From positions 352,001-416,000 of the forward strand of contig OZ244991.1 in the NCBI GenBank assembly GCA_965223335.1: 64,000 bases of DNA, written 5' to 3'. This document shows, piece by piece, positions 18,323-28,132 of the stretch. The DNA comes from Thermodesulfobacteriota bacterium (GTDB lineage: Bacteria > Desulfobacterota_D > UBA1144 > Nemesobacterales > UBA2774). Below the pieces are notes generated by a model, which was not told where the DNA came from, ran no database searches, and saw nothing but the letters and a program-made list of their open reading frames with translations. The first letter of the stretch is position 1; every line of letters begins with the position of its first letter. The position numbers and the translations under genes are program-made.

Positions 18323-20746
18323 ATGTTTATAGAGATAAAACGAATGAGGGAATATAACGCACCGCAGTTTTTTCTATATATAATTGTAGCTGTACTGCTT
18401 GTTTCTGGGTTTGCATACCCAAACCAGGCACTTGCTGATGACGAGTACGAAATCAGTAGACTATTTGCAGCAACTGAGGACCCCGACCCCAAAGTACGCG
18501 CCAAAGCACTCCAGCAGATCTCGAAATTAGACGCCCAAGAGCATATACCCGCGCTCATAGAACTTTTGAACAATAACGATGAAATATATACCATAAACAA
18601 TGTCTTGGGTGCTCTGGGATCAATGGGCAAAGCCTCGGAGGCACAGGTCCCTATAATTGCAAAGTACTTAACACACGAGGATAAACGTACCAGGAGTACC
18701 GCACTACAGGCGCTTGGACAAATAGGCCGACTGAGCAACAAACAAGCCGCCCCGCTTATAGCACTGCTTAAAGACCCCAATGTTGCAATAAGGATGGCCG
18801 CTTCGAGACAGATAGGTTCCAACCCCGATATTTTTAAGCAGCACTTACCCAAGATAGTAAAATTGCTAGGCGACGAGAACCCCGATATAAAAACGGCAGC
18901 ACTAGTTGCATTAGGACAGCTAGGCACCGTATCGTCGGGCTATAAATCCAAGATTGCAAAACTCACACAAGACGAAAACCCCACGGTCCGTTCAAGTGCG
19001 GCTGTGGCACTGGCCGCTATCGGAAACCTTTCTGAGAGCCAGCTCGATACAATTGTACAACTCACCAACGACAAGGAGAGTTCGGTTAAGGTCCAGGCCA
19101 TCAATTCACTTGGGATACTAGGGAAAGAAGCCTCGGCCCAGGCACCAATCGTAATAAGCAACCTTAAGGACAGCAGGAAAAAAGTGCGTTTCGCCGCTAC
19201 CGATGCGTTGGGAAAGATTGCGAAACAAGACCCTGAGGTCACTAAATCCGTTGCTAAACTCCTCACAAACCAAAACTACTCAACCCGAGCATTGGGTCTG
19301 ATAGCACTCAGTGATGTGGGTGAATCGGCAGGGGCTTACGCCGGGGACGTTGCCAAGAACCTTAAGGACCCCAATATGATAGTCCGTACCTCAGCCCTAT
19401 CTGTACTATCCAGTATCGGGGAGCAGGGTTATGAGTACGCGCCCGATGTGGCAGCGCTACTGGAATCAGAAAATACAAACTTGGCAAAAATCGCTTTGAG
19501 CACATTAATAAACATGAAAGGTCCAGCTGGTGATTATGCCTCCAACTACTCAGCCCTCTTAACCACACACGACAAACTGCTCAGACTAAACGCCGCCATT
19601 GCTTTGGCCAGCATAGGGGACAAAGCAATCCCGGAAATCCCCAATATAGTAGAGTTATTGAAAAACCGCGAGATAAAATTTAGAAAAATGGCCTCTTACA
19701 CCTTGGGGCGTATGGGTGAGCACGCTTCTAGTGCTGGGCCAATAATCGCAGAGCTACTCAGCGATCCTAACCCCGTGATTCGCTCCTCGGCACTCGATGC
19801 ACTCGGTAAAATGGGTAAACACGCCACAGATCAAGTCCCGTCCATCACCCCGCTTCTAGACGATCCCGATAGAGACGTTCGAGCCGATGCGGCGCTAGCA
19901 CTAGGTCTCATAGGCTCGCTAACCGATGCACAAATCGACTCCATTGCCAATCTTCTTAATGATAAAGAGAGGGTTGTGCGTGCGAATGCAGCCGAGGCAC
20001 TGGGCAACCTAAACAAGTCGGCATCGGGCCATGCCCAAGAAGTAGCGGCACTGCTTAATGACCCCTACCCCCTTGCCAACACAAATGCCGCAAGGACACT
20101 TGGGAGTATAGGTATTGCCGACCCCGAGATAACAAACGCTCTAGGTCAATTCATTAAATCAAAATCAAACGACTCCGTAACTTACAGAGAAGCGCTCAAC
20201 GCTGCGCTCGAGTCCCTCAGCTCTCTCGGCAACAGTGCAAATGAGCAGTCAAAGATAATTGCATCTGTGCTCTATGACCCTGAAGCGGTCATACACCCTC
20301 AAGCAAGACTCACACTACAAGACATTGCCCCCCTAGACGATGACACAGTGCTCATGATACTGGGACTCACACACAAATACCCCCCGCAAACTGCCGATAT
20401 TAGAGTGCTTGCGTACAAGATTGCAGGTGATGACCCCGACACTCTTATTCTCATCAAATGGCTTGGCAGCAGCAAAAACGAGGCTACCGCAGAACTTGCG
20501 AAAGATGAAAGAATAAAAATCATTGAGGTTCTGTCTGCAAAGCTACCTAATAGTGTAATGACCAAAGAACTAAGAGACGAAACCGCCGCTAGAATCTCGA
20601 GCCTGATTGAAACCGGCACGGCGAAATGGGCAGCCGAGGACATCGAAACAGTAGAGTCCGCAGAAACACTCCTTAGGCAGAACGGATACGTAGAGCTGGC
20701 CGATAAAGCTGCTGTTACAATTGAGAGCGTGACTAAAAACAATTAG
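18323..20746 (+). CDS. Exported HEAT-repeat (PBS-lyase-like) protein
   Basis: Signal peptide ending ALA, then many ~33-aa repeats such as LLxDPNxxIRxxAxxALGxIG. Start may be 18323 (GGAG RBS) or 18344. Confidence 0.88.
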   Translation: MFIEIKRMREYNAPQFFLYIIVAVLLVSGFAYPNQALADDEYEISRLFAATEDPDPKVRAKALQQISKLDAQEHIPALIELLNNNDEIYTINNVLGALGSMGKASEAQVPIIAKYLTHEDKRTRSTALQALGQIGRLSNKQAAPLIALLKDPNVAIRMAASRQIGSNPDIFKQHLPKIVKLLGDENPDIKTAALVALGQLGTVSSGYKSKIAKLTQDENPTVRSSAAVALAAIGNLSESQLDTIVQLTNDKESSVKVQAINSLGILGKEASAQAPIVISNLKDSRKKVRFAATDALGKIAKQDPEVTKSVAKLLTNQNYSTRALGLIALSDVGESAGAYAGDVAKNLKDPNMIVRTSALSVLSSIGEQGYEYAPDVAALLESENTNLAKIALSTLINMKGPAGDYASNYSALLTTHDKLLRLNAAIALASIGDKAIPEIPNIVELLKNREIKFRKMASYTLGRMGEHASSAGPIIAELLSDPNPVIRSSALDALGKMGKHATDQVPSITPLLDDPDRDVRADAALALGLIGSLTDAQIDSIANLLNDKERVVRANAAEALGNLNKSASGHAQEVAALLNDPYPLANTNAARTLGSIGIADPEITNALGQFIKSKSNDSVTYREALNAALESLSSLGNSANEQSKIIASVLYDPEAVIHPQARLTLQDIAPLDDDTVLMILGLTHKYPPQTADIRVLAYKIAGDDPDTLILIKWLGSSKNEATAELAKDERIKIIEVLSAKLPNSVMTKELRDETAARISSLIETGTAKWAAEDIETVESAETLLRQNGYVELADKAAVTIESVTKNN

Positions 20747-20805
20747 TATCGCCCCTAATTTCCCAAACAGACTTACTACCAGGTATCATTACCCGGTCAA
20801 TCAAT

Positions 20806-20836
20806 TAGAGCCCCGAGACGACTAATCCGGGCTCTA
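20806..20836 (+). terminator. Possible intrinsic terminator after the HEAT-repeat gene
   Basis: TAGAGCCC...GGGCTCTA 8-bp inverted repeat followed by TATCTTAATTT. Confidence 0.4.
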
Positions 20837-20882
20837 TATCTTAATTTGCCCTTAATCGACACATTAATATTTAGGTAACAAT

Positions 20883-22145
20883 ATGCAGGAAAGAAAAACT
20901 TTTTACGGATGGTATATAGTTGCAGCATCACTGTTTTTAATCATGCTCGACGGTATGCTGCTATATTCGTTCGGGGTTTTCCTGCCCTATCTAAATGACG
21001 ACTTCGGTATGTCTCGTGGAGTGGGGTCGTCTCTGTTCTCATTCAGATCACTAGTGCTTGCGTTCTCTCTCACACTCGCGGGTAAGCTCGTAGATAAATA
21101 CGACCCGAGGGCGGTTATATTCGGCGGTGGGCTAATAACCGCTTTTGGCATGTTCATGTCGGGCTATGCAACCACGGTGTGGGAACTCTATCTATACTAC
21201 GGATTTGTAGTAGGACTCGGCGACGGTGTCCTATACATAACATGTGTAGCTATTGTAAGCAGGTGGTTTGTAAAAAGAAGGGCATTTGCAATCGGAATTG
21301 TAACCACAGGTGTACCGCTTAGCGGGTTGATTACAAATCCGCTTACAGCTTGGCTCATAAACGATTTCGGATTTAGAAACGCTCTTTTTATCATAGCCGG
21401 GATAGTGCTTCTGGTAAGTTTAAACGCATTTGTACTCAGGGGATACCCGCACGAAAAGAACCTTAAACCCTACGGGGCTTCAGATGATGATGACCTTCAT
21501 ACCGACGAGAGCGGTGTCAAGGTTAAAACCCGTGACTGGACTTTCACCGAAGCGATACGCTCCTCGAGCTTTTGGGTCCTCTATTCTATGTACCTGCTCA
21601 GTTTTATAACATTTATTATTGTTGTGACACAGTTTTATAATTTCGAGATAGACGTAGGAATATCTGCACTGGCCGCTGCAGGCCCGCCCGCAGCCATAGG
21701 AATAGGAAGCATCATAGGACGTGTGGTACTCTCGGGGCTATTAACTGAGATGATTGATAGCCGAAAAGTGCTATTCATCTGCTATATATTCCAAGGGAGT
21801 TCAATCCTCTTGCTGCTTACCCTCGATCAAATATGGGCTTTTTATATATTCGGTATCATGTTCGGGTTTTTCTATAGCGGCTGTGTTCCCATATTCCCCA
21901 ATCTATTGGGCCAGTACTTTGGCCTTGCCGCTTTAGGTACAATATATGGATTCTTCGGCACATCATACTCCATATCCGCCATATCGGGTCCAATTATTGC
22001 CGGTACTATTCACGACATAACAGGCAGTTACAACTATGCATTCATATTCGCGATGGTCTGCTGCTATCTGGCGGCCGCAGCTAGTTTTTTTGTGAAAGCC
22101 CCCAGGAAAAAAGCCCTAATAGAAACAGAACCCACATACTCATAA
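20883..22145 (+). CDS. MFS transporter (oxalate:formate antiporter/monocarboxylate-like)
   Basis: 12 TM helices, FYGWYIV start, GKLVDKYDPR motif A, SRWFVKRRAFAIG, GTIHDITGSY. Confidence 0.9.
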   Translation: MQERKTFYGWYIVAASLFLIMLDGMLLYSFGVFLPYLNDDFGMSRGVGSSLFSFRSLVLAFSLTLAGKLVDKYDPRAVIFGGGLITAFGMFMSGYATTVWELYLYYGFVVGLGDGVLYITCVAIVSRWFVKRRAFAIGIVTTGVPLSGLITNPLTAWLINDFGFRNALFIIAGIVLLVSLNAFVLRGYPHEKNLKPYGASDDDDLHTDESGVKVKTRDWTFTEAIRSSSFWVLYSMYLLSFITFIIVVTQFYNFEIDVGISALAAAGPPAAIGIGSIIGRVVLSGLLTEMIDSRKVLFICYIFQGSSILLLLTLDQIWAFYIFGIMFGFFYSGCVPIFPNLLGQYFGLAALGTIYGFFGTSYSISAISGPIIAGTIHDITGSYNYAFIFAMVCCYLAAAASFFVKAPRKKALIETEPTYS

Positions 22146-22213
22146 AATTACTTAGAGGATATAACTAAGTTGTGTTTAGGCTTGTTTAATAAGTCCTGTA
22201 AAATTAAATAGCA

Positions 22214-23680
22214 ATGCCAACCCATTCAACTGAACTCGAAAACCTATTAAGACACATACTAAAAGAATCCTACCATGACCACGGGGGTCTGGTACTTAAA
22301 ACCGATTATAAATCCATTTTTGAATCCGCACCCGAATACTCCGATCCAAGCACCTTCATCTCATTTAGCGCTAGCGACTCGGGGCCCACGGATGCTCCGG
22401 CGAATTCAGCCCAGAGACTTTACCGAAACCTCATATCCGATCTCTACCTCGATAGCGGGACATCAAATTATCAAGACGAACTAAAATCTTACGAGACCAG
22501 CGAGAGTTATTCCATCGACCAACGCCGGATAACGTTTCGCCAATCTACTGAGGCAATTAAGGAGAGCCCCAAAAAAAACAGCAGACAAGAGATTGAAAAC
22601 TATCGTGAGCAAACACATAACAAATGGAATCGGATCAAGACAAAATGGTTAGAAGCCCTATACAAACGACTAGACGACATAGGGCTAGGCGGTAGAAACC
22701 CCTACTTTGAAATGAAGACCGGGTTAAATCTCGATCAACTCCGAGCTAGTGCCTCGAGCTTTCTTAATCAGACCGAGTATGTGTATAAAGACCTGCTAAG
22801 ATGGTTCCTCAAGAAAAAATTGGGGTTGGATATAAAGAGTGCCAAGAACCACGACCTCATTTGCCTGCTAAATTCATTTGAACTAGAAGGCCAATTCCCC
22901 AATACTAGAGCCGCTGCTTTCATCGCAAAATTCTTAGACCCGCTTTTTATCGACTCAGAAAACATAACTATTGACGATGCCAAGAGGTCCAACAAAATCC
23001 CAAAACCCGTTTCATTTCCACTGGACCCGCCTTCTCAGATCATCATGAGTATCTATCCCCAAAATGGTATCGAGTTCTACGAATCGCTTCTAAGCTCGCT
23101 TGGAACCTCTCTATGCTACTCATTTGCGAACAAAGATTATGCCTATCTAAATAGGGTGCTTAGAGACGGTCTTGTTCTGTCCACAATTGGTGAACTACTC
23201 CAAGACCTAGCGTACAAACCCCTTTGGCTTAAGAAATATATGCACCTCGACCTACAAAAGGACTTTAAGAACTTCCTCTACCTAAGAAAGCTTGCCCGAG
23301 TGCGCAGCACAGCAGGTCACCTGCTGTACGAACTAACGCTTAATAGCGACATTGACCCCGACAGCTCCGCCCGATACGTAGAAATGATGGGACAGGCAAC
23401 CCTCTGCCAATGCAACGAATTCGATTACCTGATTGAGATAGATAAGGATATCGCCCCTGCATACAAATTCGCAGGAATGCAGCTCTCGGCAGTGATGCAC
23501 AAGGTGCTCAAGGAATCATTTGATGAGCAGTGGTGGCGCACACCGGAAGCAGGCACCTACCTCAAGAATATATGGGACAAGGGTGGGGATTACGGCATCT
23601 CAGATCTACTTGATGCATTGGATATAGATCGCCCCAAAATAGACCCCGTCGTTAACACCTTCGAAGAGGTGCTGGGATAA
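22214..23680 (+). CDS. Peptidase M3/M32-like fold protein with degenerate metal motif
   Basis: C-terminal FDEQWWRTPEAGTYLKNIWDKG resembles M3-like proteins; the expected HEXXH position reads LLSSLGTSL. Confidence 0.55.
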   Translation: MPTHSTELENLLRHILKESYHDHGGLVLKTDYKSIFESAPEYSDPSTFISFSASDSGPTDAPANSAQRLYRNLISDLYLDSGTSNYQDELKSYETSESYSIDQRRITFRQSTEAIKESPKKNSRQEIENYREQTHNKWNRIKTKWLEALYKRLDDIGLGGRNPYFEMKTGLNLDQLRASASSFLNQTEYVYKDLLRWFLKKKLGLDIKSAKNHDLICLLNSFELEGQFPNTRAAAFIAKFLDPLFIDSENITIDDAKRSNKIPKPVSFPLDPPSQIIMSIYPQNGIEFYESLLSSLGTSLCYSFANKDYAYLNRVLRDGLVLSTIGELLQDLAYKPLWLKKYMHLDLQKDFKNFLYLRKLARVRSTAGHLLYELTLNSDIDPDSSARYVEMMGQATLCQCNEFDYLIEIDKDIAPAYKFAGMQLSAVMHKVLKESFDEQWWRTPEAGTYLKNIWDKGGDYGISDLLDALDIDRPKIDPVVNTFEEVLG

Positions 23681-23715
23681 AGATTGCATTGCCCCTAAGA
23701 CTTCATCTGTAAGTT

Positions 23716-24711
23716 CTAAGGGTTTAGAATCACCTTGCCGAACTGTGTTTTATCCTCTAGCATCTTCTGTGCTGCTATAGCCTCGGATAGAGGGAATTTC
23801 TTATCGATCACAGGCTTTATGTTGCCGAGAGATACCAAGTTAATGACATTTACCAGGTTGCTGCGGGGTGCGTTAAACACAGTTACTCCAAGCACCGATA
23901 TATCCCGCATTATTACCGGGCCGAAATTAAAGGTGGTCTGTCCACCCCCAACGACACCGACCAAAAGCAATCGGCCCCCTCCGCAGAGGGACTTGAGGTT
24001 ATTATCCCAATGTGCTGCCCCAACCAGATCAAATATTACATCAACGCCTCTTTTGTCAGTAATGTTTTTGACCTCTTCGGCAAAGTCAGCGGTTTTATAG
24101 TTTATTGTATAGTCAGCCCCAATAGCCTTTACCTTCTCTAATTTTTCATCGCTTCCTGCCGTAGCAATCACCGTGGCACCACCCTCTTTAGCCACCTGTA
24201 CCGCAGCACTGCCCGTCCCGCTGCCCGCAGCATGCACCAAGACAGTCTCACCCTTCTCTAACCCGCCCCTATTAAAGAGCCCGTACCAGGCAGTCACATA
24301 ACCTACTGGCAACACCGCCGCATCATCAAACGACAGGTCATCCGGGATGGGAACAACATTACTGGAAGGCACTGCCACGTACTCTGCAAACCCCCCATAG
24401 AGGTTGACCCCTACTACCTGAAACCCTTTACCGACCCTTATCGTGGGGTCTATCAATACCCTTGTACCCTCTTTTAGGTCCTGGACATTCTTGCCGACCG
24501 CAGCTACCTCACCCGCAATATCTATCCCGCCTATATGCGGCAGGTCCACCGGCCTTGGCGACTTCCCCGACCGCAGCCTTAGATCCAAGTGGTTAAGCGC
24601 CACTGCCCTAACACGGACCAATGCTTCATCGTCACCGATCTCTGGATCCGGCACATCTTCGAATTTCAATACATCTACATCACCGACTTCATGATAACGG
24701 ATCGCTTTCAT
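23716..24711 (-). CDS. Zinc-binding dehydrogenase / quinone oxidoreductase (MDR family)
   Basis: MKAIRYHE start (ATG 24711), ALNHLD, VLVHAAGSGTGSAAVQ and FGKVIL motifs. Confidence 0.92.
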   Translation of the reverse strand: MKAIRYHEVGDVDVLKFEDVPDPEIGDDEALVRVRAVALNHLDLRLRSGKSPRPVDLPHIGGIDIAGEVAAVGKNVQDLKEGTRVLIDPTIRVGKGFQVVGVNLYGGFAEYVAVPSSNVVPIPDDLSFDDAAVLPVGYVTAWYGLFNRGGLEKGETVLVHAAGSGTGSAAVQVAKEGGATVIATAGSDEKLEKVKAIGADYTINYKTADFAEEVKNITDKRGVDVIFDLVGAAHWDNNLKSLCGGGRLLLVGVVGGGQTTFNFGPVIMRDISVLGVTVFNAPRSNLVNVINLVSLGNIKPVIDKKFPLSEAIAAQKMLEDKTQFGKVILNP

Positions 24712-24820
24712 AACCCACTGCCTCCTGGTCAAAATTGGTATGAATCCACACTATTTTACACAGTTTTCAATAAGTTGGACAATTGAAGACACCCCTATCC
24801 TATGATACCTTTTCTTTGTT

Positions 24821-25084
24821 ATGTTTGGCGTAGGCACAACAGAGATTGCTATCATATTACTAATAGCACTTTTGGTACTGGGGCCCAAAGAGATCCCCAA
24901 AATCGCACGTACACTCGGGCGGGGGCTTAGGGAAATCGAGAGGGCAAAGGACGAACTAAAAGAGAGCATCGAGTTCGATATTGAAGAGGATAACAAAAAA
25001 GAGGTAAAAGAGCCCGAGTCCGCACAACCCAAAGACACAAACCACACTAAATACGAAGACAACCTGGATGAACTCACAAAGTGA
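24821..25084 (+). CDS. Twin-arginine translocase TatA/TatB family subunit
   Basis: MFGVGTTEIAIILLIALLVLGPKEIPKIARTLGRGLRE: TM helix, GP hinge and amphipathic helix. Confidence 0.9.
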   Translation: MFGVGTTEIAIILLIALLVLGPKEIPKIARTLGRGLREIERAKDELKESIEFDIEEDNKKEVKEPESAQPKDTNHTKYEDNLDELTK

Positions 25085-25119
25085 GTTCAACTAAAAATTA
25101 GATATATAGTACTATCCGT

Positions 25120-26958
25120 TCAAAATGCCTGGCCGATACTTATGAAGAACTGCACTCTTCTAATTCCCGGCTCCGGGTTAAGCGCATAACCGACATCGAA
25201 GCGCACAGGCCCTATTATCGTATCGTACCGCAGCCCTGCCCCAGGTGCATACTTTAAATTGTTGAATTGAAAGTCCCACTCCTTGGTAAACACGTTACCG
25301 TAATCCAAAAACGCCACACCCCCGAAGTCCCCGTAAATAGGGAACCTAACCTCAAAACTGCCCACAAATAGCGTATTACCACCTAGGGGATCGTTATTTT
25401 GATCGAGCGGCCCTAGTTTTTGAAACGGGAAGCCCCTCATGCTGGTGCTACCCCCTGCAAAAAACCGCTTGAATATAGGAATGTCTAGGGTGCCGGTGGA
25501 CCCGAAAGGCTGAATCACACCAGTAGTAAGCCGTTTGGCAAACACCACGTTGTAGAGCTTCTTATAACCCCTAAGCTCTATGGTCCCTTTCAGGTAATTC
25601 ACATCCGAGGCCAATGCGGTAAATGACGATTCCAACCCCGTAGACACAACACTACCTCGTGTGGGGTTGAGCAAGCTGTCTGTGGTGTCGCGCTCAAGGC
25701 CAAAGTTAAAGAACGTTAAGAAAAAGTTCTCTCTACTTTGCTCCTCAGGAGTCCTGGATGCACTGTTTTCCACTTTTGAAAACTGGATATTGAAAGAGCC
25801 GAAAGAGCTGTAGTATTTTTTAAAATCCTTACTGAATCTACCAGAACTGAGAAAGCTTTGACCTGTAAAACTAGGCACGTCATCACGCTGAAAATTAAGG
25901 CTTGCGGACAACTCCGAGTCCCTACCCCACACAAAGGGCTGGAATATGGCGGCCTCGACCCTCTGTGTAATAAACGAGAACTTCCCCGACAGTTCAAACC
26001 TCCTACCGTCTCCAAAAAAATTCCTCTGTGTCCATATGATCTGTCCCCTCAGTTTATCCTCTGTACCAAATCCACCCCCTACTTTGATACTGCCCAGCTT
26101 GCGCTCTTTTACCGATATGATGATATTGGCAATATTTTCCTCGTCCTCATATTCGGTATCAATTACAACAGATCTAAATAGCCCCAACTGAAATATCTTA
26201 GCCTGAGTCTCGTTTACCTTCTCTGCGGAGTAACTCTCACCCTTTTTATATGTAGCCTCGCGGTTTACAATATATGCCTTAACCCTCTTGTTGCCTCTAA
26301 TCTTGGTAACACCGAAATTGTACGATTCACCCGGTTCGACATTAAATTTAACTTTTGCCCATTTCTCGCGTCGGTTTACAAGGGCTTCACCTTTAATATC
26401 CGATTTTGGGTAGCCGTCGTTGGCCAAGACCTCGGACATTACATTCTTGGTCTGCTGATATGCATTGGGAGAAAAAACCTTGCCCTCCTTAAGTGGTATT
26501 GCCGATCGAATCTCCTTTTGAATCTCTTTGTCCAGAGCTCGAATTCCCAGGTTGAGTTTAGTAAGCTCTATAGGCTCTCCTTCATCGATATCTATCTCGA
26601 TCTTCACCCTGGTTTTATCTTTGTTGTATTCAAGCTTATAGGTGACTTGCGCATCGTAGTACCCATTGTTTGCGTAGAGCCGCTTAATACGCACCAGGTC
26701 GTCTTTTAAAATCTCCTCGTCGAATTCGGGTTTTTTTGCCCAGGGTTTTATAGAGGGGAAATCGGTGCCAATACTCTCCTGAATATCCTCTTTCGTTACC
26801 GCTTCTCCGCCTTTGATCTTAAGCTTGGATATCCTGACCGAAGGGATTTGATCCTCTGCTGTTTCTTGGTTTTCCTGCGACAACAAGCTCTTGGGGAGCA
26901 GGAAAAAAGCAAACAACATTATGATAATGACTATAAATTTAGAGTTAGCGTTAATCAT
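25120..26958 (-). CDS. Omp85 family outer-membrane protein (BamA/TamA-like, about 3 POTRA domains)
   Basis: POTRA motifs (YANNGYYDA, LFRSV), barrel motif RFFAGGSTSMRGF, C-terminal FISIGQAF. Confidence 0.9.
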   Translation of the reverse strand: MINANSKFIVIIIMLFAFFLLPKSLLSQENQETAEDQIPSVRISKLKIKGGEAVTKEDIQESIGTDFPSIKPWAKKPEFDEEILKDDLVRIKRLYANNGYYDAQVTYKLEYNKDKTRVKIEIDIDEGEPIELTKLNLGIRALDKEIQKEIRSAIPLKEGKVFSPNAYQQTKNVMSEVLANDGYPKSDIKGEALVNRREKWAKVKFNVEPGESYNFGVTKIRGNKRVKAYIVNREATYKKGESYSAEKVNETQAKIFQLGLFRSVVIDTEYEDEENIANIIISVKERKLGSIKVGGGFGTEDKLRGQIIWTQRNFFGDGRRFELSGKFSFITQRVEAAIFQPFVWGRDSELSASLNFQRDDVPSFTGQSFLSSGRFSKDFKKYYSSFGSFNIQFSKVENSASRTPEEQSRENFFLTFFNFGLERDTTDSLLNPTRGSVVSTGLESSFTALASDVNYLKGTIELRGYKKLYNVVFAKRLTTGVIQPFGSTGTLDIPIFKRFFAGGSTSMRGFPFQKLGPLDQNNDPLGGNTLFVGSFEVRFPIYGDFGGVAFLDYGNVFTKEWDFQFNNLKYAPGAGLRYDTIIGPVRFDVGYALNPEPGIRRVQFFISIGQAF

Positions 26959-27106
26959 GTAACGAACTAGAATAGTAAGTGTGAAGTATACTACTTGAAG
27001 TAGATTGAACTTTTATTATGCTCAGCTTGCTTTAATATGCAAGTAAAACTTTCTTAAGCCTACATTTAATAACTATTTTATTCACAAAACAATCGCACCG
27101 ACCCGC

Positions 27107-27136
27107 TTGACAATCACGTATCCATGTCTTTATACT
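27107..27136 (+). promoter_or_regulatory. Putative sigma70 promoter of the oxidase/bc operon
   Basis: TTGACA-N18-TATACT, ending 57 nt before the coxB ATG. Confidence 0.55.
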
Positions 27137-27193
27137 CACTTTTGCAAATAACATAAATCCCATATGCATTAACGAATAGCACCACCCATAACT

Positions 27194-28132
27194 ATGGAAA
27201 AGTTAGGCGGCATATTCAACCCAAGTTCTTCTGAGATGGAAGCGATGGCTGCTCTAACCAACTACACCATATTCATCACAGCCGCTATTTTACTAATAAT
27301 AGTCGTAGCCCTTGTATATATCATAATTCGTTTCAGGCATACTTCCGGCGATAATACAGAGCCGTATCAAGATTTCGGCAGTCTCAAACTGGAAATCACA
27401 TGGACTGTCATACCCATAATTATAGTTGCGGCACTGTTTTTTCTGACCGTAAAAACGATGCATGCCGTAGACCCTCCGACCAGGGGCAAGGAGCCCGACC
27501 TGGTGGTCATAGGTCACCAGTGGTGGTGGGAGCTCTACTACCCCAAATCGGGTGTTTTGACCGCAAACGAAGTACACATCCCCGCGGGCAAGAAGCTTTT
27601 GGTCCGCCTCGAATCCATAGACGTTATTCACGATTTCTGGATACCGGAACTGGCCCGCAAAATCGACCTCGTTCCCGGCCATCCCAATCACATATGGATT
27701 GAAGCGTCCGAGCCCGGTGTGTACTTGGGTGCGTGTGCCGAGTTCTGTGGCACACAACACGCCAACATGCGCATAAAAGTAATTGCTCAAACCCAAGAAG
27801 AATTTGATACATGGGAAAAAGAGGAACTAAAAGTACCGCCCTCCCCCTCATCGGGCGAAGCACAGCTAGGCGCAGAACTGTTCCAGAGCAAGGCATGTAT
27901 GAACTGCCATACAATACTCGGTACCGGAGCATCCGCCAGGGTGGGCCCCAGCCTCACCCACCTAGCCAATAGAACAACCATAGGTGCCGGAGTGCTAAGT
28001 TATTCACCCGAGAACCTGGCAAAATGGCTTCTTAACCCGGAGGCCTATAAACCGGGGTCACTAATGCCCAACATGAAACTCACCGAAGCAGAAGTAAAAG
28101 CACTAGTAGCTTATTTAGGAGGGCTTAAATGA
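27194..28132 (+). CDS. coxB: Cytochrome c oxidase subunit II with fused cytochrome c (caa3 type)
   Basis: LEITWT, GHQWWW, DVIHDFW, CuA motif CAEFCGTQHANM and heme c motif CMNCH...MP. Confidence 0.96.
   Translation: MEKLGGIFNPSSSEMEAMAALTNYTIFITAAILLIIVVALVYIIIRFRHTSGDNTEPYQDFGSLKLEITWTVIPIIIVAALFFLTVKTMHAVDPPTRGKEPDLVVIGHQWWWELYYPKSGVLTANEVHIPAGKKLLVRLESIDVIHDFWIPELARKIDLVPGHPNHIWIEASEPGVYLGACAEFCGTQHANMRIKVIAQTQEEFDTWEKEELKVPPSPSSGEAQLGAELFQSKACMNCHTILGTGASARVGPSLTHLANRTTIGAGVLSYSPENLAKWLLNPEAYKPGSLMPNMKLTEAEVKALVAYLGGLK

Noticed and set aside
18265..20742. Several long antisense ORFs within the HEAT gene, and similar ones inside the TPR, RND, degP and kinase genes
   Set aside because: Typical shadow frames produced by the codon bias of the sense gene; no independent protein motifs.
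24751..25077. 108-aa minus-strand Ser-rich ORF
   Set aside because: Shadow ORF of the TatA/B gene on the opposite strand.
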